Counted from the first letter of the stretch, positions 10,910-24,475 are shown. The stretch is 64,000 nucleotides of DNA from Cetorhinus maximus (GCF_964194155.1 NC_135887.1:95418001-95482000), one strand, 5' to 3'. Numbers and translations: made by a program. Notes: a model not told the origin generated them from the letters alone.

Positions 10910-12901
10910 ACTGCAGGGAAAGAGGCTAGCTGTTTGGTGAGTGTCTGGTGAGTGGTTATGGTCTATTCTATTCCTAAGGTTTAAAATAGTATAGAAACTG
11001 GTGGTATGGTTAATAAAATATATAAAAAAGGAAAATAAATGATTGAATGATATAATTAATTAAAACACATTAAAGGTGGCAGGACAGGCAATGTGTCATG
11101 GCTGCAGCATGTGGGAGCTCCTGGATACTAGTAGTAATCCAGCGTAAACATGTCTGCAGTAAGTGTTTCCTGAGCTTCAGCTCAGAGGTCATTGAGCTGG
11201 AGGTTAAGCTGCAGACACTGCGAAACATCAGGGAGGGGGAAAGTTACCTGGGTGCTTTGCACCAGAAGGTGGTCACAACCCTTAGGATAGGGTCTTCTGA
11301 TTTGGTCAGTGGTCAGGGACAGGAGAGTGTGACTGCAAGTGAGGCAGGTATGGGGACCCAGAGGGCAGGAGTGCAGGAGCCTCAGTCTTTGCTTTTGTCC
11401 TATAGGTTTGAGGTCCTCAAGCTGCAGGGTGCATGAGCTAACTGACCATGGAATCGTGGCACAGGAAGCCTTTCAAAAGGAATGTAGCAGTAGTAAGGGA
11501 CAGTACAGTGATGGGGGGGGGGATTGATACTGTTCTCTGAAGCAATAAGTGAGTCCAAATGCCTGGTGCCAGGACTTGGGACATCTGCTCAGGGCTGGAG
11601 AGGAACTTGGAGTGGGAGGGGGAGGACCCAGTCCATTGTGGGTCCATGTAGGTACCAACGACATAGGTAGAACTAGGAAAGACGTTCTGCATAGAGTATG
11701 AGGAGCTAGGCACTAAATTAAAAAGCAGAACCTCAAAGGTAATAATCTTTGGCTTGTTACCTGAGCCATGTGCAAGTTGGCATAGGGCACTTAAATTAGA
11801 GAGATGAATGTGTGGCTCAAAGACTGGTGTGGGAGAAGTGGGAACCGTTTTGTGTGGGACTGGCACTTGTACTGGGGAAAGTGGGGCCTGTACGTTGGGA
11901 TGGTCTACACTTGAATCGTGCTTGGACCGGTGTTCTGGCGAGTCGCATAACTAGGGAGCAGAGAGGGTTTTATACTAAATAGTGGGGCAAGGGATCAAAT
12001 TTAGGAAGATGTGTTAAATCAAAGAGTAGAGACAAGGCAAGAGGGAAATGATAAACAGACCATGACAGAAAGGGGCTGAGAGTACAAATAAGAGTAAATC
12101 AGCAGATAATACTAGAGGTTACAAAAATCATGGTGGATTTTAATCTACATATAGAGCTCTTGAGATGCAGAGGGATCTAGGTGTCCTAGTGCATGAATTG
12201 CAAAAGGCTAGTATGCAGGTACAACAAGTAATTAGGATAGCTAATAGAATGTTATCATTTTATTGAGCAGAATTAAATGCAAAAGTAGGGAATGTAATGC
12301 TTCAGTTATACATGACATGCTGAGACCATACGTGGATTATTGTGTACAGTATTTGTCTCCATATTTAAGGAAGGATGCAAGTGTATTCGAAGCAGTTTAG
12401 AGAAGGTTTACTATACTAATACCTGGAATGGGTGGATTGTCTTGTGAGGAAAAATTTGACAGGCTAGGCTTGTATCTGCCAGAGTTTAGAAGAGTAGGAG
12501 GTGATTTGATTGAAACATATAAGATCGTGAGGGTGGAAGTAGAGAGGATGTATCCTCTTTTGGGAGAATCTAGAACTAGGGGTCACTGTTTTAAAAATGA
12601 GTTACTCGTTTAAGACAGAGATGAAGAGAATTTTTTTTTGAGGGGCGTGAGTCTTTGGAACTCTCTTCCTCAAAAGGCAGTGGAAACATTGTCTTTATAT
12701 ATTTTTAAGGCAGAGGTAGATAGGTTCTTGATAAGTAAGGAGGTGAAAGGTTATCGGGAGTAGGAAAGAATGTGGAGTTGATGTTACAATCAGATCAGCC
12801 ATGATCTTATTGAATGGTGGAGCAGGCTTGAAAGGTTGAGTGGCCTATTGCTCCTAATTTATATGTATGTATGTTCGTATGTATGTATGTATGTATGTAT
12901 A
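10910..12901 (+). mobile_element. CR1 LINE with 5'UTR/ORF1 and 3' end but most of ORF2 deleted
   Basis: ORF1 remnants (KHVCSKC..LEVKLQTLRNIREGESYL; GDS; DGLHLN). A ~30 bp endonuclease scrap at ~12128-12155 is joined to the ORF2 C-terminus (GLSCEEKFDRLGLY..RGDLIETYKI..RTRGH). (TATG)n tail at 12862-12901. Confidence 0.88.
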
Positions 12902-13599
12902 GAGACGTATTCCGACTAAAAAATCTACAAGCTGATAAAGACTATAATTGCCCCAAGACCCTCCTTCAAATCACGGGTTCTACGCACCCTAACAGAGGGT
13001 CAGACAGATTTAGAGAAGTAATTCCAGAGTAGGGAGCTGAAGTGGTGAAGGTACAGTCTCCAATGCTGGAGTAAAGGGAGCAAGGGACAGCAGCAAAAGC
13101 TATATCATATCCTCATCCACATTTCCACAAAAGCAGACATTCACCTGGGGGTTACCTGGTAAGCCAACTGTAGTGTGTCTATCACCTTTCATTGAAATCA
13201 GCAGATTGAGCACTATTTGAGGATCAAGCTTAGAACATGTCTGACCTAACTGCTCACTGGAGCTTCTCACTGAGAATACAGTAGAACTTTCAAAATCGTG
13301 TCAAGAGCTTCTGAGGTTTCTTCTCCCTCTAACCTTTTTCTTTGCTTAAGCACAGGAATTGAAAGGATCAGTTCTATTCCAGGTATTATAATGAAGACAA
13401 ATTCATTAAGGTACAACAGGAACAGAATAGCCTTTTCTAGACTTAGCCATTTCTAAGCTTGATTTGTTTTGAAATATAAAAGCTGCTTCAATGTATTGCA
13501 GGGGGGCCATCCTGACCACCGTCCGCCTGCGCGCCCCCCCCCACCTTTTGCTGTTAAATACTGATCCTTGGCCACATAATCCAAAAACGCAGGCTTAGC

Positions 13600-15060
13600 T
13601 TCTACGTGGATACTGCTAATGCACTATCTTGCTGTCTTTTCTATTTACCTAAGAGTAGTTACCACACTCTCTTAAATTGCTTACCTGATATCAACATGTG
13701 CTCAAGCTGAATTTCAGCAAAATTAAAGCCATCCTCTGAAGCTTCTGTCATTATCGCCTTGCCTCATGTCTCTTGTCTTGAGTCATTCAGCCTTCGAGCT
13801 GCTGCCTCAAGTTGTGTTCGGAAGTCCCAAATCTTGATGTTATTTGACCGAGGGTTTCATGTCCTTCCCTCCCTACAGCTGCTTGGTTGTCAGAAATGAT
13901 TTATTTGCCTCTTCACCATTTCCTTCCTCCTTCCCTATTTTTCACTTTGGCCAGAGAAACCCAAACCTATACTTTATTCAACTGATGATTTTACCCCTCC
14001 GGCTGGTTTCCCTGCATCACCCATCCATAAGTTCCTTGTCACGAAAGTATAATAATTCTCATAATATTATTGTGATTTATTGTAAAAGTAGGTTAATAGT
14101 GGGATTTGGATAGCTTGTGTTTGTGTGTGCGTGTTTTAATTGAATTGGAGACAGTTGGTCTGGAGGCTTTGTCTCATCAAAAGCTAGTTTTGAAATGCTA
14201 AATATGCAAACATGGCTGAAGTCTTAGAATGTGAGGGGAGGAGAATTTGCATTTTTAGATGAATCAGGGTAGTTTGAATTTCAAAGAGATGGCAGGATGT
14301 TACACCTAGCCAGAGAAGCTAGGCCAAGCAGTGTGTTTATTTTTCCCAAAGGTTACTGATAATATTAGCAGCATGAATAGATTTATATTATGAGAAAGGT
14401 AAAATTCCAAAGACATATGGGATCAGTGGGATTTACATTAAAAGGGAGACACATGTATCAAGGAAAAGAGTCTATGTGTCAGTGAAGGCACTATAAGATC
14501 TACCAGAAGTGTGAAAAGCCTCCAGTATTTGTGCATTACACCTGCTGTTTACAGAAACTGAAGCTGGGAAAAGCCACTTTGAATTCCACTGTCCAGGGTA
14601 TTGTGTTTACTTGCCTGGATCTGTTTAAATCTATTTGTTTTTACTGTTGCCTTAATGGGGTTGTAACTGGAAGCCAGATTAATTGGGGTTTTAGGAGTTA
14701 TTATCGTAGTAATTTGTAGACCTATGTATATGCTTGAAATCTTTTCTTTTGTTAATAAATGTTTAATTTAGCTTTCTAAAATATCTCTGAAACCTGGATA
14801 GACTTATTACTACTGAATTCAGTGCACGCATCACGAAATAAATGCAAATTGCAAAACCATTGTGACCCCGTGATCAAGATCCCCTCGTAAATTTGATCCG
14901 CCTGGCACACACTATGTGCCGTGTCATAACATCCTACTCATATGAAATGTTGCAGCCTGCATTAAATCTTACATTCCAACAACCTCATCCTCGCCAGGTT
15001 CCATTGCACACAGTGCCCTAACATGTCCATTTCAAAATTCTCATTCTTGTTTTCCAACCT
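13600..15060 (+). mobile_element. Old L2 fragment split by a solo LTR
   Basis: Degenerate similarity to L2 copies at 8150 and 48800; caaaattctcattcttgttttc at ~15033. Confidence 0.45.
14037..14931 (+). mobile_element. Solo LTR (Gypsy-like, 4-bp TSD)
   Basis: TGTCACGA...TCATAACA termini, tcct on both flanks, aataaa at ~14754, no internal ORF. Confidence 0.85.
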
Positions 15061-17029
15061 CTGAGGGCCAGCACAGGCACATTTGGCCAAATGGCCGCCT
15101 TCTGTGCTGTAATCATTCTATCTGATCCTAACCCCATCTTTCCTTAATGATCTCTTTCTGCCTCATATATATGCCCTCCACTCTGCTTCATGAGGCTTTT
15201 AAGTGCATCAGTGGGCTGTTCAGTCATTCATTGAGATTATGGTGATTGTATCTGAACTCCACCCACTTGCCTTGGGTCCATGTTCCCTTTTCCTCACCCC
15301 TTGCTCTCTCTGCTGCAACATTGGTAGCAGCTCATTTAGAAACTTAGTTTATACTGGATAAACTAAACTCCAAGGCTATGGAATTAATGCATGTGCATAC
15401 ATATGTTTGCTGTTCTTATAGAGACTTAAATGAATTCTCCACTTCTTTTTCAGGTCGGCATTTTGTTTTACTTCTCCCTTTCCTATGAAACATTCAATCT
15501 CTGTTCAGGGTACATCTCATATATTATTTGATTTGATTTTGTTGGCCAAGGCATCTCCTATTATGAACGCATGTGAAGCGTCCTGCCTTCTGGATTGTCT
15601 AAGCAAACACATGCAGTGAGAATGCACTATTTTCAAATTATTCTATCCCTAAAACATATTTTTGTTAAAAGTGCTGTGTAATTTTGATTTGAAACTTAAT
15701 TGGCGTTCTGCAAAATAAGCTGCCGGTGGTCCCAATGGAATGTATAGGAACGTGAAATAGACACGGCAGAACAAATTCATTCGTGCGTGTTGCATCTGAA
15801 CTGTTTCCATAGTTTGACACTTTCTTTTCATGTCATTTATTTTGATATTTTCCTAATGGAGTGCATCTCAGGAGGCTACAGTATGTATTTTAGGGATTTT
15901 TTTTAAGGAGATTTTTGCATTATATGACAGGATCTACTCAAAATGCTTATCACGCAGTGGATTATTTTGAAGTACAGTCACTTATGTTGGCAGAATTTTA
16001 ACTGGAATGCTTTCTTGAATGGTCTGCTGGGGCACGGCATGGTGGATGAGCAAGGATTTCTCTTTTTTGGAAGTTTCTCAAATGGCAAGTTCATAATCTC
16101 AGTTGATGATTTGCAGGGAAATGTTTGTTTTGAGAATGAAGGGTGAATGAGAAGATTTCAAGATGTGAGCACATCACATACCAATTTTTTAAAGATACCC
16201 AATAGCTAAGTACAGTGAAGATATTGAAACCAAACAGGTGTACATTATTCCCCATACCCAACAGAATCAGACAGTATAATACTTTTTGTATGTATTGAAA
16301 CTTGTGCTTTGTCAAGTTTAAAGAATGCTGTAGGAAGGCTTGTAGTTGAGCACTTGGGTGTAAAGTACTCTTCATGTATATTCTTTTAAACTTCTCCTTA
16401 TATCACTGCTTTCATGGCATTTCAGTGGCTTAGGTGCAGAAAAGTCATATTACTTCATAATAACTCTAAGGAGTCAGGGAACAGAGGTCTAGGTGTGTCC
16501 TTATTTCCTTGGCCTAAATATGGATATATGTGTGATTTAAACATAAATATACATTTTATTTTAAGTAGTTTAGAATGAGAGTATAATAGAGCCTTAGCTG
16601 TGGTATGTACTTGACTCCTGACAACATATTAACCCCTACACAACCATTGTTTTCATTTTAAATTAGACTAAGTCCACTTGATAATTTCTGTATATGGCAC
16701 AGTATTGAAGGAGTAAGTTGGAGGAGTAAGTGTACAGAATGTTCTGTTAAAAACACCTGCAACTAATACTAACAAACTTAGACTCCAATCATAAATCACC
16801 CAAGGTCACTGAATAAAACAGAGTTTGTACAACCTTCTGTCTACTGACTGTGGCTCTTAATGGCGATTTAACTCTATATGACGTATTGCTACAAAAATAT
16901 GAAGTTAAAACTTTACCAAGAGATCCAGAAAGCAAACTTCATTGAAACTTCGGTGGTAGTAGTGGTCCAAATATTAAATTGTAGTAATGTTTTGGGCAGA
17001 AGACCAATGGTTTATTTAGCCTATCCTTT

Positions 17030-17710
17030 CAAATTATTAGTTTCCTTACAATAGTTCTAGAGCTAATAACTCTGCGTGCCCATTTCTAAGAGGAATTCAT
17101 TCAGCCCCTTTTAAAGAAAACTACCGTGTCTTTCTGTTGTACCACCCGAGAATCCGTTTCACAATTCTATTGCCTTCTCACTAAAAAGCATTCCCTAAGT
17201 TTCTGTTTTTTTTCTGATAATTTAGCTCAACTTTAAATTGTGTCACTAGTCCTTAAATTCCTGGCCAACAGAAGAACTTTCCCTGATTTAATTTTCTCCA
17301 CACCTGTAAAAATCTTGAGTCTGTTTTCCCCTTCATCCTCTCCTCTCTTTAGAGAGTCAAGTCCTAGCTTTATGTGCTTTCTTCATAACTTTGCCCCAAT
17401 GATTCTACATCTTTTTTTATAAAATGAAGAACAAAACAGTACCAAATACAATTTCAGCATCTCTTCCTTAGACTTATAAGACACAATCTCAGCTCCATAT
17501 CTTAACATCTTTTTTTCACCGCTTGCAAACACTAAACTGATGGTTTTAATTTCCTACCCTCCAAATGCCACCCTTTGATGTCTTGCCCTGTCCCTTACCA
17601 AGGTCTCAAACAGCCATATCTTAGAAGAAACTAATAGAGCTGTAATGGGAATGACCATCCCTAGCTTTCTTTTAAAGATGGGGATTACATTTGGTACTTT
17701 TCAGTACATT
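17030..17710 (-). mobile_element. Old CR1 fragments
   Basis: Degenerate reverse-complement similarity to the CR1 3' end and RT start (ttttaaagatggggattacatttgg). Confidence 0.5.
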
Positions 17711-18294
17711 GTAATATAATTAAATTTGAGTGATCTTTGAAAGTTAACAGTGTGGAATGTGAAATCTTCCCAGTCAACTGCACCAACAATCTTGCTTGGA
17801 AATTATTGGAACTCAGAGTTTTACTTACTTTCTGGTTCCTGAACCCTTTAACCAATGTCCAATATTATGAAACTTGTTTTTCAATCTGTACCGTTCTCTA
17901 TATTTCCCTCTCAGCTCCTCCACTCCTGCCACCCCAATATATTTCCTTCCCAGGTTCCTACCTTGCATCTCATCAGTTCTTGGCCATCCTTCACCCCCAT
18001 CTAATTCCTTCCCTATTCTTCTCAGAATTTTAGAAACTTTGCCAATCTTTTATCTGCATTAGTTTTACCTTCCTCCTTGGTCCTCGACTTCCTTAAGAAA
18101 AAAGAACTACTTAAAACGAGCCCATTTTCCTTTTATGTTTGTTTCCTTCAAACAACATTTTATTCCTTCGAAGCACTCTCTCTTCTGAAATTAGATTTAA
18201 GATTTTACTGCCATTATTTCAACCTTAAAATGAATGACCTAGTTTTCCGATAGTAACATCAACAGTAAACCATTCGTTTTAATGATTACCATTT

Positions 18295-19032
18295 TAAATT
18301 CATTAATTGGATGTGGATGTTGCTGGTAAGGCCAGCATTTATTGCCCCTCCTTAATTGCCCAGAAGAAGTTGGCAGTGAAGAGTCCATGTGATGAGGTAC
18401 TCCCACTGTACTGTTGGATGGGGAGTTCCAGGACACTGGCCCAACAATGATGAAGAAATGGCTATATTTCCAAGTCAGGATGGTGATTGACTTGGAGGTG
18501 ATGGTATTCCCATGCACCACCTCCTTGGCGGTAGAGGAGGTTCTGTTACAGAAGTTTTATCAAATTGCTGCAGTGCATCTTGTCGATGGTACACAATGCT
18601 GATATGGTTTACAGGTGGAGAATGGGGTGCTAATTAAATGAACAGCTTTTGCCTGGATGGTGTTGAGCTCGTGTGTTGTTGGAGCTGCACCCATCCAGGC
18701 AAGTGGAGAGTATTCCATCACACTCCCAACTCTTACCTGCTAGATTATGCAAAGCCTTCAGGGAGTCAGGAGGTGAGTGACTTACCAGCCTCTCACCTTC
18801 TCTTGTAGGCGCAGCATTTACATGGTTGGCCCATGGTGACCGCAGAATGTTGATGGTAGAGAATTTGGCGATGGTAGTACCATTGATTGTTAAGGGGAGG
18901 TTATGGGAATTAATCTTGTTGGAGATGATTGTTATTTGGCACTTGTGTGACCTGAATGTGGTGTGCCACTTTACTGTCCAAGCTGAGACGTTGTCCAGGC
19001 CTTGATGCATGGGGGCATGGACTGCTTCATTA
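18295..19032 (-). mobile_element. Family B LINE 3' fragment
   Basis: QGLDNVSAWTVKWHTTFRSHKCQ; homologous to 3617-4350 and 31420-33725. Confidence 0.8.
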
Positions 19033-19036
19033 GCTA

Positions 19037-20420
19037 CCCTGGTTCGACCATGCCTGGAGTACTGTGAACAGTTCCGGGCATCATACCTTAGGAAGTGAAG
19101 CAGTACAGCATTAATTTACTAGAACATTACCTGAACTCCAAGGGCTCAGCTGTGTTATGGCAGGCGGATGATAAATGCCAAGCTGCCCAAATCCCAGAGG
19201 GAAACTTGAAGCAGCTGCCACAACTATTTGCAGTTTGTACTTATTTCGTGATGCAGGCTTTGAATTCAGTAAGAAGGAGGCCACCAAGTCTTATAGGTTT
19301 CTTACAAAACTAAGTTAAACCTTTATTAATAGAAGAAATGATTTTAAGCGCATACATAGATTTGCAAATTACTACTATGATAACTTCTAAATCCCCTAAT
19401 TAATCTAAACCCCAGTTACATCCCTGTTAAGGCAACAGTGAGAGACACAGGTTTTTAAAAAATCCAAGCAAATTTACACACAATATCATGAGCAGTCAAA
19501 TTCAAAGTGAGCTTTTCTCAGCTTGAGTTCCTTGTAGACAGCAGCTTGAGGCTTAAATGCTGGAGGCTTTTCACACTTGTTAGATCTTAGAATGCCTGCC
19601 TTGCTACAACCTTCTCTCCTTTATACATTTTCCCCTTTGAATACAAATTCCCATTATATCACTGTCTTTGGACTTTACCTCTCTAATAATAAAAAATCCA
19701 TCTCAGTACCAATTTTACCAGCAATCTTTGGGAAAAATAACCACACTGTTTCTCAACTTCTGGCTCAGTGAAACATTTCACCCCTATCTTTTGAATTCAA
19801 GCTGGACTGATTTATTTTAAAATGCAAATATTCCCTGTACACCTATGTTTACCTACTTAACATTTCAAACCTAGTTTATATTCTGTTACATCAAAGCCTT
19901 CAGATCAGCTGCCTTTAATTTAGTCACATACACATACACATAGACACAGACCCCACTATTATTCTACAATAAATTCCAATAACATTATGAAAATTATTAC
20001 ATCTTCCTGACAGCTGTGAGGAGAGATTAAACAAACTAGGGTTGTATTCTGTTGAATTTAGAAGGGTAAGGGGTGATTTGGACAAGGTTTTTCAGGATTT
20101 TAAGGGAAACAGGGTAGATAAGGAAAAAACTATTTCTGCTGATTGGGTTGTATAGGCTAGGGAGCTTGGTCTAAAAGTTAATCAGACATTTCAGAAGGGA
20201 AATTAGGAAGCACTTCTCGCAAAGGGTGGGAGAAATTTGGAACTCTTCTCAAGTGACAATTTATGCTAGATCAATTGTTAAATTTAAAACTGATAGAGCT
20301 CTGTTAACCAAAGGTATTAAGGGATATGGAGCAGAGGCGGGTATATGGTGTTAGGCTACAATTAGGTAATTGAATGGTGGAAAAAGCTCGAGGGGCTAAA
20401 TAGCCTACTATTATTCCTCT
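19037..20420 (+). mobile_element. CR1 3' fragment interrupted by a solo LTR
   Basis: ctggttcgaccatgcctggagtactgtg (LVRP.LEYC). Sequence resumes after 20012 with gaggagagatt..ggggtgattt and a CR1 3'UTR. Confidence 0.75.
19153..20012 (-). mobile_element. Solo LTR (4-bp TSD)
   Basis: TGTTATGG...CCTGACA termini, gctg on both flanks, host CR1 continuous across it. Orientation inferred from a minus-strand poly(A)-signal-like motif near 19322-19330. Confidence 0.85.
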
Positions 20421-20434
20421 GTTTCAATGGGGTT

Positions 20435-20785
20435 TTGCAAATGGAACTGAATACTCTGCAATCATCAACGAACATACCCACTTCCAGCCTTATGATGGAG
20501 GGAAGGTCATTGATGTAACAGCTGTCAATGGTTCAGCCTAGGACACTGCCTTAAGGAACTCCTGGAACAATGTTCTCTGGCTGAGATGTTTGGCTTCTAA
20601 TAACCACAACCACCTTCCCTTCTGCTAGGCATATCACCAGGCAGTAGAACGTTTTCCTCGATTTCCAATGACTTCAGTTTTGCTAGGGCTCCTTGATGCC
20701 ACAATTTGTCAAATGCTGCCTTGATGGTAAGGGGAGCCATTCTCAGCTCACCTCTGGTATTCAACTCTGTTGTCCATGTTTTTAT
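20435..20785 (-). mobile_element. Family B LINE RT fragment
   Basis: Colinear with 32260-32590 (DIKAAFD, GVP.GSVLG, MFADDC region). Confidence 0.75.
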
Positions 20786-21989
20786 GACCTCTCTCAGCAG
20801 TGCATGTGCCTCCTTTCTGTTTGGCTGTGGCCTGCAACATTCTGGCCATTAATTTTCTTCCTTTTCTATCTTCCAGATCCAGCTAAAGTGAGACTTTGCC
20901 ATTCCTAGTTCTTCCTCCTCTGCAACATATAAACCTTCCCTAAGAAACGATGTGAACCAACATTTTTAATTAAACCTTCCTGATGCGCATGTAGCCTTGC
21001 AGTTTTGTTGCTTGCTTGTACTCTGTTTAATTAGTTCAGGAACTCAGTGAATCGTAACTTCCAGCATATCCCCATTTCCTCACGATCTTATTTACCTGCT
21101 ATATTAAGCCCTCACCCCAAGCACCCAGAAAAAAAATACCATTATGATTTTAGTTGGATTAGTTCCGACAAATTTCCTTAGGCAAACAGCTGGGCAAAAA
21201 TCTGGTAGCTTTCTATTTCCCACCACTTCTTATTCACCAATTTTATTTTTTTATATCCTGACAATCATGTAAATGCATGTTAATTCATTGCTTGTAGTGT
21301 TCACAGGACATCTTCTTAACGGTTAGGTCTATTCCCCTTCCCCTGCTTCCCTAACTTAAATCTTCCCATCTGTCTTGCTTATCTTGTCGGTCACAATTGT
21401 TGCAACAGTGCAGCCTTGCTTTCCTGAGAAGTGGTTAGGTGGATCAAGCACTTGGACCTTTTCTTCCTATGCCATGTGTTACATTATGCATTGACCAACC
21501 TGATGTGTCTTTCTCTAGTAGGTCCAGTTCATTGCACAGGAAGTAAATCCAAGGCTACTACCGTGTAGACTCTTTACCTAGTTCATGAAATTTCCTTTTC
21601 ACCTAAATTCCACATCCACCTTTGCAGTTGATTTTTCACATTGTAACCGCAAGCTTCTCACCTTCTCTTCACATGATTTTTATCACGCCCTGTATTGCAT
21701 TCTGATCCCTAGCACACAGGAAGCACCATACCATTGATTTCAATTAGATTAGCTACTGCAAGCATTCTTAGTGAAACAGTGGGGTAAAATCTGTTGGAAG
21801 TTATTCTTATTTGAATTAAAAGCCTCATTTTACTGTTTAAGCTATAGAACTGGTGAAAGTTTAGAGTTTGAATTTATGGCAGCTAGTTGTTATCATTGGA
21901 ATTCTGGAACCTGCTCTGTAATATGGAAGAGGTTGATTTCACAGCAGCAGGAGCTTTTGGGCATATATGAGGTAGAAAGCATTACCTTG

Positions 21990-22135
21990 GTATTATTTGT
22001 GTCTTTCCTGACCTCAGGATATTGCAAAGTGCATCAGAGCCAATGAAGTACTTTTGAAATGCAGCCACTATTGAGTAAGAAAATGTTGCAGTTAATTTCT
22101 ATACAACAAGGTCCCATGAATGGGAATGAGGTAAA
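21990..22135 (-). mobile_element. DeuSINE 3' fragment
   Basis: caaagtgcatcagagccaatgaagtacttttgaa..., reverse complement of the tail at 27680-27795 and 62190-62292. Confidence 0.6.
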
Positions 22136-22939
22136 TAGTATGAAATAATATATGAAAATCGATTGAAAACCAGTTGACACTTTGAGCCCCGTTCCCCCAA
22201 AAGTGCATTGCAGTAGGTACCTTATTAGGAAATTATAGGTCTATTGCTCTTTATTAATAATGTTAATGGTTGGAAATTGCTGGTTGGGCATCACAAGCAA
22301 AAGTACCTGTGATTTGCTAATATTTTGCCTGTTGCATATCTTGAGACTTTGAGACCTTGGAAAATTTCACTCGGCGCTTCGAAGGATTTCATTTTTGAGA
22401 GTTATAAAAGTGCAAAACATGAAGCCTAAGGGGCTACATCTAAAGGTTAAAGCTATATTTTATCATTAATTTGCATATATTTCAAGTTGCTTATACTAAT
22501 AGAGCTTGGTAGATTGATGTAGAATTCATCACAATTGTGCTAAAAAAAAATCCTTTTAAACCTGCAGAACAAATAAATTCAAAAGGGATAAAACCAGCAA
22601 GTAAGAAACATGTGAAAATGGGGTTGAATTGCCTGAACTTCGCAGGCAGGCTATTTGGGGTTGAGGGGCCGGATTTGCCTGGGGCAGCAGGTTGGACTTC
22701 TGTATTATAAAATCTCATAGTGTTACTCCATTTGATAACATGGAGTAGAACTGTTCTTGCAAAGTCAAGAAATTCAAGAAACAGTTAGAAGGCTATAGTC
22801 AGAAGAAATTTTGAAATCAGCCCTTTCAAGTTATAGGAACTCTTCAATTTTCAAAATTTATATAAATATGGAGGTTCTTGTACCTCAGCAGGTGGCAGCC
22901 CTGCCTCCAAGCCAGAAGCTCCTGGTTCAAGTCCTGTAC

Positions 22940-23458
22940 TAGGCACTTTACAGCCTTCCGGACTAAATATTGAGTTCAACAATTTCAGATCATGAACTCT
23001 CTCCTCCATCCCCACCCCCTTTCCGAGCCCCCTTTTTTCAATAATTTATAATTTTTTAACAAATATATTTTTATTTTCCCACCTATTTTTAAATTTATTT
23101 CGACCTATTGTTTTATCTCCACCTTTTAGCCCATTTCGATCCCTTCCCCCCACTAGGGTTATCTGCCACTAGCTTGTCCTGCTTGCTCTTAATGCCCCCA
23201 TTAGCACATTCCTTAGATAATATCACCACCGTCAACACCCCTTTGTCCTTTTGTCTATGACATCTTTGGCAATCTCTTCTTTGCCTTCACCTATCGAGCT
23301 CTAACTATCCCACCCCCCTCTACCAGCTTATATTTCACCTCATTTCTCTATTTCCTTAGTTCTGATGAAGGGTCATACGGACTCGAAACGTCAACTATAT
23401 TCCTCTCCGCAGATGCTGTCAGACCTGCTGAGTTTATCCAGGTATTTTTGTTTTTGTT
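22940..23458 (+). mobile_element. Penelope-like element 3' end (end of GIY-YIG ORF and terminal repeat)
   Basis: Colinear with 41265-41800; 6-bp TSD ctgtac (22934-22939, 23459-23464). Confidence 0.9.
23357..23397 (+). ncRNA. Minimal type-I hammerhead ribozyme motif, conserved core intact
   Basis: UAGUU-CUGAUGA-A-GGGUC-auacg-GACUC-GAAA-CG-UC-AACUA. 5-bp stem I, 5-bp stem II, one extra A before stem II, palindromic ACGU in place of stem III, GUC cleavage triplet. Confidence 0.8.
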
Positions 23459-24384
23459 CTGTACCAGGACTTGGTGGCCTTGGAAGGCACATTCATGACA
23501 TGACTAATAAGGTTAATAGTCAACCTGCTAATCTTTCCAACACGACAAACAACATGGTAAAAGCAGGAGAGATTCCTGGTTAGCAATGCATGATACAGAG
23601 TCATGCCCCTCAAGCGATAACTGCTTGTGTCTCCCTCAAACATAGGCACCTTTGATTCCCACGAGGACTAATGGCTAATTACAGACGGATATAAATACAT
23701 TTGAGTGTTTGTTTCTGAAGTGCACAAAAAAGTATAAATAGATTACTTCCACAATAACCGGGGCAAACATACCAATGTCTTGTGACTGCAAGGGATAATT
23801 CTTTGAGTGGGCCATTTGAACCATTATAACAATGATGATGTGTGGGGGGTTAGAGAACATTGATGCATTCTGTACATGTAAATGTTACTAATAGAAGTTC
23901 TCGCCCTGGAATGTGGTATGTTGCAGTGTGAGTGGCTTGCATATCTACATTTGGGGGCAGGCTAATTTTAGAGCCATGTTTCAGCTTTGAAATACCACAC
24001 AACATACTGTACAAAGTATGCAGAAATAGCAATGTCTCCGATGTGATGCACACTTAATGAGCCCACGGGCATGGATAAGAGTAACTAAGGAGTACATCTT
24101 TCAGAACTGAAGATAACTACAGTTCATTGTGTTTCTCTCAAGTGCTTTAAAAGATTAATGGATCACCCTATGTGGGATTTTGAATTCATAGTACGTGATT
24201 TGTTTTAAACAAGAATACATCATACTCCAGGTTTCCGTAGTAATCAGCTAGTTGGCACAGCTGACTTGTTATTTTTCCGAAGAATATTTCCAGTTAATGT
24301 TCCATTCTTGGTGGCATCAATCAGCAATTTTTAAAAATTGTTAAAGTGAAAGATCATGGTCCACAACAGCTATCCTAGTGAACA

Positions 24385-24475
24385 CAAGAAAATGCTGGAA
24401 ATACTCAGCATGCCAGGTAGCACCTGGAGAGAGAGAGCTAACATTTTGGATCTCACACCTTTTATTAGAACTGAT
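24385..24475 (-). mobile_element. Old PLE terminus fragment with decayed hammerhead
   Basis: aaatgctggaaatactcagca...gctaacatttt...ttattagaactg. Confidence 0.5.

Larger units (their letters stand above)
22880..23640 (+). mobile_element. tRNA-derived SINE-like element split by a PLE insertion
   Basis: B-box-like ggttcaagtcc at ~22924-22934; sequence resumes after the TSD at 23459. Confidence 0.4.

Noticed and set aside
15931-16146. Exon-like plus-strand ORF MLITQWIILKY...
   Set aside because: Its first part is a DeuSINE tail remnant, the splice sites are weak, and no protein is recognisable.
21968-21980. let-7-like tgaggtag seeds (also 42441)
   Set aside because: No hairpin or full mature sequence; they lie in or next to repeats.
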